From: Chiloscyllium plagiosum
Lineage: Eukaryota
Assembly: GCF_004010195.1 (NCBI RefSeq)
Contig: NC_057719.1
Location: forward strand, 93,885,076 to 93,911,058
Direction: 5' to 3'
DNA: 25,983 nucleotides
The notes below the pieces were generated by a model, which did not search any database, had not been told where the DNA came from, and saw only the letters and a list, made by a program, of their open reading frames with translations. Below, one piece after another: positions 21,481 through 25,983 of this stretch (the stretch's first letter is position 1; each line of letters begins with the position of its first letter). A program made the translations under genes and the position numbers.

Positions 21481-22358
21481 GAATGTTCTGGATGTTGAAC
21501 CCCGTTATATTTGGACATTGTGCTCCAATCCTGTTCCAATTACTAGTGCCAGTGATACATGTATTAAACTGGAGTGTGTTTCTTCTTTAAGTTCCGAAAA
21601 TAAATGCGCAAAACTCAGCAAATTGAATTTGATTTAAAAGGCATTTCAGAGACGTCTAAACTTGATGCAAAAATAGGAAAATATAGCATAACCGAACAAC
21701 TCATTGTGCGTTTTATGATTAAGCAAGTCTCCTCATGCCCTCAACGTTTTCAATGCGTTTCTCAGAATAATTACAGCAAAAATGGTGGTCACGCAGTCCA
21801 TCATCTCTGTACCAGCTCGGGATGAGCTATATCCTCACACTTACTCCGCTGTAAGTCTTGTAACCACACACATTTTGTTATCTGTGTCTGTTTTTTACTC
21901 TGAGTACCCTGTCCAGATATAAACAATCTTAACAACCTGTGATTAAGCAGACTATATAAAAGATATAATTCTGTACATTTAAAATTGCCCTGTCATATTC
22001 ACATTGTCGTGCAGCATTTTATGTACCAAATGTCATCTGTTCTCTTGCTTGGCATTGCATTTCATTCCATTTGTCAGAAAGAGTGATGGTTGAATACTCG
22101 TGACTGGGAGATATTAGTGTACTTCCCCCACGGCTCCTCAGTCACTGGCCCCAGTCCTTTCTGTCTCATAGCCAATATCATATTCATTCCGCCACTGAAT
22201 CATCAATATCCAAAGATGGCTTCAGTTTTCAAAACCCACAAAATAGTGGTTAGTACTCTAAAACACACATATACATTCACTAACTATAAACCTACAAACC
22301 GGCACAACTACATCCAGATTCGGTGTGTGGTATTCCCATCATTGAATGCATCGATCTG

Positions 22359-25333
22359 TCATTCAAGTCTCCACAATGCATTGACAATCATGTTTTCAAG
22401 CACTGCCATATGCACAATTTTCAAATTGAACGGCTGTAGCAACAGGCTCCAGCTAAACAGTCCAGCATTTTTCTTAATATATTTCTCCAAAAAGCTTCAA
22501 TAGGTTATGATCAGTCTATATGGTTGTCTCAGATGCATTGCTGGTAATATGAATACTGAAATTTTGTAGTGCCAGCACGAAGCTCAAAGTCTTTTTCTCA
22601 ACTTCTAATATTTCTATTGATGAATGTACAAATTCCTGGAGAAATACCCAATAGGTCTTTCTATCTTCTCGTCATCTTCCAGCAGAAGCGCAGCACTGAC
22701 ACCAACATCACTCATATTTATAGCCACCTTGAAAGGCTTTGCATAATCAGGTGTGGCAGACAGTGGGGCAGTGGTTCACACATTTTTCGTGCTGTCAAAT
22801 GTCTATCGACACACCGTTGTCGACGGAAACTCCTTGCCTTTCAGTAGCAATTCAGTGAGTGGAGCAGCCACACAGCTAAAATTAGGCACAAACTTTAGAT
22901 AAAATCCACTCAATCCCAGGAACCGTAGTACTGCTCCTTTTGTTGACGGTGTGGGAAATTTGCCAATTACCTTCACTTTTATATTTCATGACACCATTTA
23001 TCTATGTCCAAAAACATGACCCAGCAAGGTGACTTTGGCTTTGGCAAATTCAATTTTCGCTAGATTTACCACCAATCCTACCTTCCAAAGTCAAACGAAC
23101 AAGTCAGATAAATGTTGTAAATATTCCTTCCATGAGTGTCTAAAAATCACCAGGCCGTCAATATACAGCACATGTTGGATAATCAGGCAACATTTTGGTT
23201 CGTCTCTGAAGCGGCGCCGGCACGTTTTTCATACCAAAAGTAAGTTGCTTGTCCCACCTTCCTATCACATCCTTCCAATTGCGGAATTGGATATGCATCA
23301 ACATTTGTAATTGCATTGCTTTTGCAATAGTCCACACGTTGGGCACCATCTCGCTTTAACACCATGACTGTGGGCGAGTTCCAGTCACTGCTATTCATGT
23401 CGATTATGTCATCTTGGAGCATGTATTCAATCTCCTTCTGAACCTGTGCCAAAATTACAGGATTATGCCTATAAGGATGTTGCTTAATCGTAACAGCATC
23501 TCCTTTCTGTACATTGTGCACAGTTAGATTAATATTTACCAATTAATTTCTGCATATGTCCCCATGTGGTTGTAATAACTCTTTTAGGTCATTTCATTTT
23601 ATTCTCAGGAAGGTAACTCAATAATTTACCCATTTTTAGACAACTTTCTCATTGTTCACTTTAATTTGAGGAGTATCCAATTCAGAATCCTCTGAACTTG
23701 GTTCATTTTTCTGTGCTGTGATCATTAACACTTTCTCATCTTGCTCTCCTTCCTTGTCAAAACACCGTTTGAGCATATTCACATGACATACATTGTGAGA
23801 TTTCTTTCTGTCTGGAGTCCCTATCAAGTAGTTATCCTCACTCAATATTTTTTTTCTATTTGGTAAAGTTCACTAAATCTTGCTTTTAATGTTCACCTAT
23901 CACTGGACTAACACTAATATGTTATCCCTGATAGCAAAATTGCATTTTTTAAATTTCTTGTCCACGTCTTGTTTCAGTGATTTCTGCAATATTTTAAATG
24001 CTGTCTCGCCAACTCCCCAGCCCTGTTTAATTATTTCCTAAATCTTAAGACAGAGTTCAAATGTGTGGCCTTTGAATTCTGATTTAATAATTATTCCTTA
24101 ATCAATTTTAACGGTCCTCTCACGTAATACCCCAAAACTAATGCAAATGCACTTACTTTGGTCAATTCATTCGGCGCATCTCTGATAACAGAAAGCACAA
24201 ATGGAATTCCTTTACCCTAATCATTTGGATAAACCTGACCATAAGCCTTCAACATGGTCTTTAATGTTTGATGTAGCTCTCTAGCGCTCCCTGCGATTTT
24301 GGATGGTATGCAGTAGATTTGAATTGCTTTATTACTGAGCTGTCCTTAACTTCCTTGAATTGTTTGGATGTGAAGTTTGAACCTTGATCTCACTGTATCT
24401 CGATTGGTAGTCCATATATAGTAAAACAAAAGTAATTCTTCTACAATCCTTTTCGCTGTGATATTGCACAATGGGGTGGCCTCTGGACATTTACTCAATA
24501 CATCAATGATTGTTAAAAATACTTATTCCCACTTTCTTGTTTGAGTTGGAGACCTAGCCAATCAATTAAGAGTCTTGTAAAAGATTTGTCAAATGCAGGA
24601 ATAGTTATTAAAGGTGCAGGTTTTATTGCCACTAGTGGTTTTCCAATTGCCTGACATGCATGATACGCCTGGCAAGATTCTCCGACATGCTGGGGCAGTG
24701 AAGGCCAGTAAAAATGTGTTTGCATTTTAGCATGTGTTTTCCTCACTCGTAAATGATGTCCACGTGGTTGCTCATGCGCCACTAGCAGCAGCTCCTTTCT
24801 GTCCCCCATTGCCAATACGACTCGATGAATTTATGCCCATTTCTTAGCTCCTTCAATATGCGATATTCTCCATTTCCTCATTTGGACATCATTTTTTTAA
24901 GGTAATAACATTCAGAGATACATTCAGAATTCCTGATGTATATGCCTTCTGGAAGCAACTGCTTTAAATTTTCATCTTTCTGCTGTAACTCAATTATGTT
25001 AGCTGAGCTAAAAAATATTTGCAATGATCACCTATTTGCTCATGTTTTGTCTCAACTATCTGATGGAACAAAGTCTCGGCATATGTATCTTCAGATTCTT
25101 TTTAATCTTTATATTTTTCATCTCTCCTGTTCCAACTGGTGACAAATTGAAACAGGTTGTATTACACTGCAACCAGGAAACATTCCAGGTTAAGACTGTT
25201 GCATTGCTTCAGTTGCCTGCGTCTCCACTGACGTTTCAACCAGAGTAGACATCACTCCTACCGGTGAATCAGCTATATGACTCTCAAGGACGAAATGTAT
25301 TACTGGACCTGAGAGTTTGTCCAGGACTCTTAT
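22359..25333 (-). mobile_element. Decayed Ty3/Gypsy LTR-retrotransposon pol, Gmr1-type order PR-INT-RT-RH
   Basis: Integrase (H..RGHHLRVRKT..FYWP..C..C, DQGSNFTS) at ~24815-23700 precedes RT (IKQHPYR, WNSP, DAYPIP, FGMKN, YIDG) at ~23540-22900 and RNase H (RPIGYFSR, TDHN, WSLLLQPFNL..ENMIVNALWR*). Many stops and frameshifts; LTRs not identified. Confidence 0.88.
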
Positions 25334-25885
25334 AGGAGAAAGTGAGGTCTGCAGATGCTGGAGATCAAAGTTGAAACTTTACACCCCGTGCTGGCCTCCT
25401 ACCTGCCCTCGACCTCTTCATAGCAAACTGCCGCCGCGATATTAACCGCTACCTGAACTCCCACACCCCTCCCACCCACTCCAACCTCTCACCCTCGGAA
25501 CGCGCAGCCCTCCACTCCCTCCGTTCCAACCCCAACCTCACCAACAAACCAGCTGACAAGGGAGGCGCAGTAGTAGTTTGGCGCACCGACCTCTACACCG
25601 CTGAGGCCAAACGCCAGCTCGCAGATACCTCCTCCTACTGCCCCCTTGACCATGACCCCACCCCCCACCAACAAACCATCATCTCCCAGACCGTCCATAA
25701 CCTCATCACCTCAGGGGACCTCCCATCCACCGCCTCCAACCTCATAGTCCCACAACCCCGAACCGCCCGTTTCTACCTCCTGCCCAAAATCCACAAACCT
25801 GACTGCCCCGGACGACCCATCGTCTCAGCCTGCTCCTGCCCAACCGAACTCATCTCCTCCTACCTCGACACGGTCCTGTCCCCAC
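25334..25885 (+). mobile_element. Young 5'-truncated Penelope-like element with inverted terminal piece
   Basis: 25334-25380 resembles the reverse complement of the PLE 3' terminus (compare 19759-19786) and is followed by RT coding sequence. Confidence 0.88.
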
Positions 25886-25887
25886 TC
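25381..25887 (+). pseudogene. Penelope-like reverse transcriptase N-terminal part (stop-free frame, no start)
   Basis: Manual translation: SNLSPSERAALHSLRSNPNLTNKPADKGGAVVVW...RFYLLPKIHKPDCPGRPIVS...ISSYLDTVLSP, containing the PLE-diagnostic DKG and PKIHK..RPIVS motifs. Confidence 0.9.
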
Positions 25888-25983
25888 TCTCTCCATCACA
25901 CTGCCCGCTCCAACTCTCTCTCCCTCACACTGCCCGCTCCCACTCTCTCTCCCTCACACTGCCCGCTCCAACTCTCTCTCCCT
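25881..25983. repeat. 29-bp pyrimidine-rich minisatellite running off the window end
   Basis: Unit (A/C)ACTCTCTCTCCCTCACACTGCCCGCTCC; CTGCCCGCTCC at 25901, 25930 and 25959; about 3.5 copies visible. Confidence 0.95.

Noticed and set aside
21490..22350. Gypsy 3' LTR and polypurine tract
   Set aside because: No clear PPT-TG...CA structure and no second LTR in the window.
25489..25698. Gly/Val-rich minus-strand ORF
   Set aside because: Antisense shadow of the C-rich Penelope RT frame.

Overview
Eukaryotic, repeat-dense genomic DNA, very probably from a cartilaginous fish (shark), inferred from HE1/V-SINEs and HER1/CR1-type LINEs. No intact host gene, rRNA, true tRNA or CRISPR array is supported. 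Most of the window is a nested patchwork of decayed CR1-clade LINE fragments on both strands. It also holds three HE1 V-SINEs, three copies of a second tRNA-derived SINE, Penelope-like element (PLE) pieces (an open RT frame, a GIY-YIG C-terminus, and palindromic derivatives with hammerhead-ribozyme-like cores) and a decayed Ty3/Gypsy element with the unusual Gmr1-type order PR-INT-RT-RH. The most notable unexplained structures are two locally templated inverted insertions: a 251-bp near-perfect inverted copy of neighbouring DNA pasted into a LINE with a 7-bp target-site duplication (TSD), and a 15-bp fold-back at the 5' junction of a young LINE. Family names come from recalled motifs, not database searches, and boundaries of old fragments are approximate.
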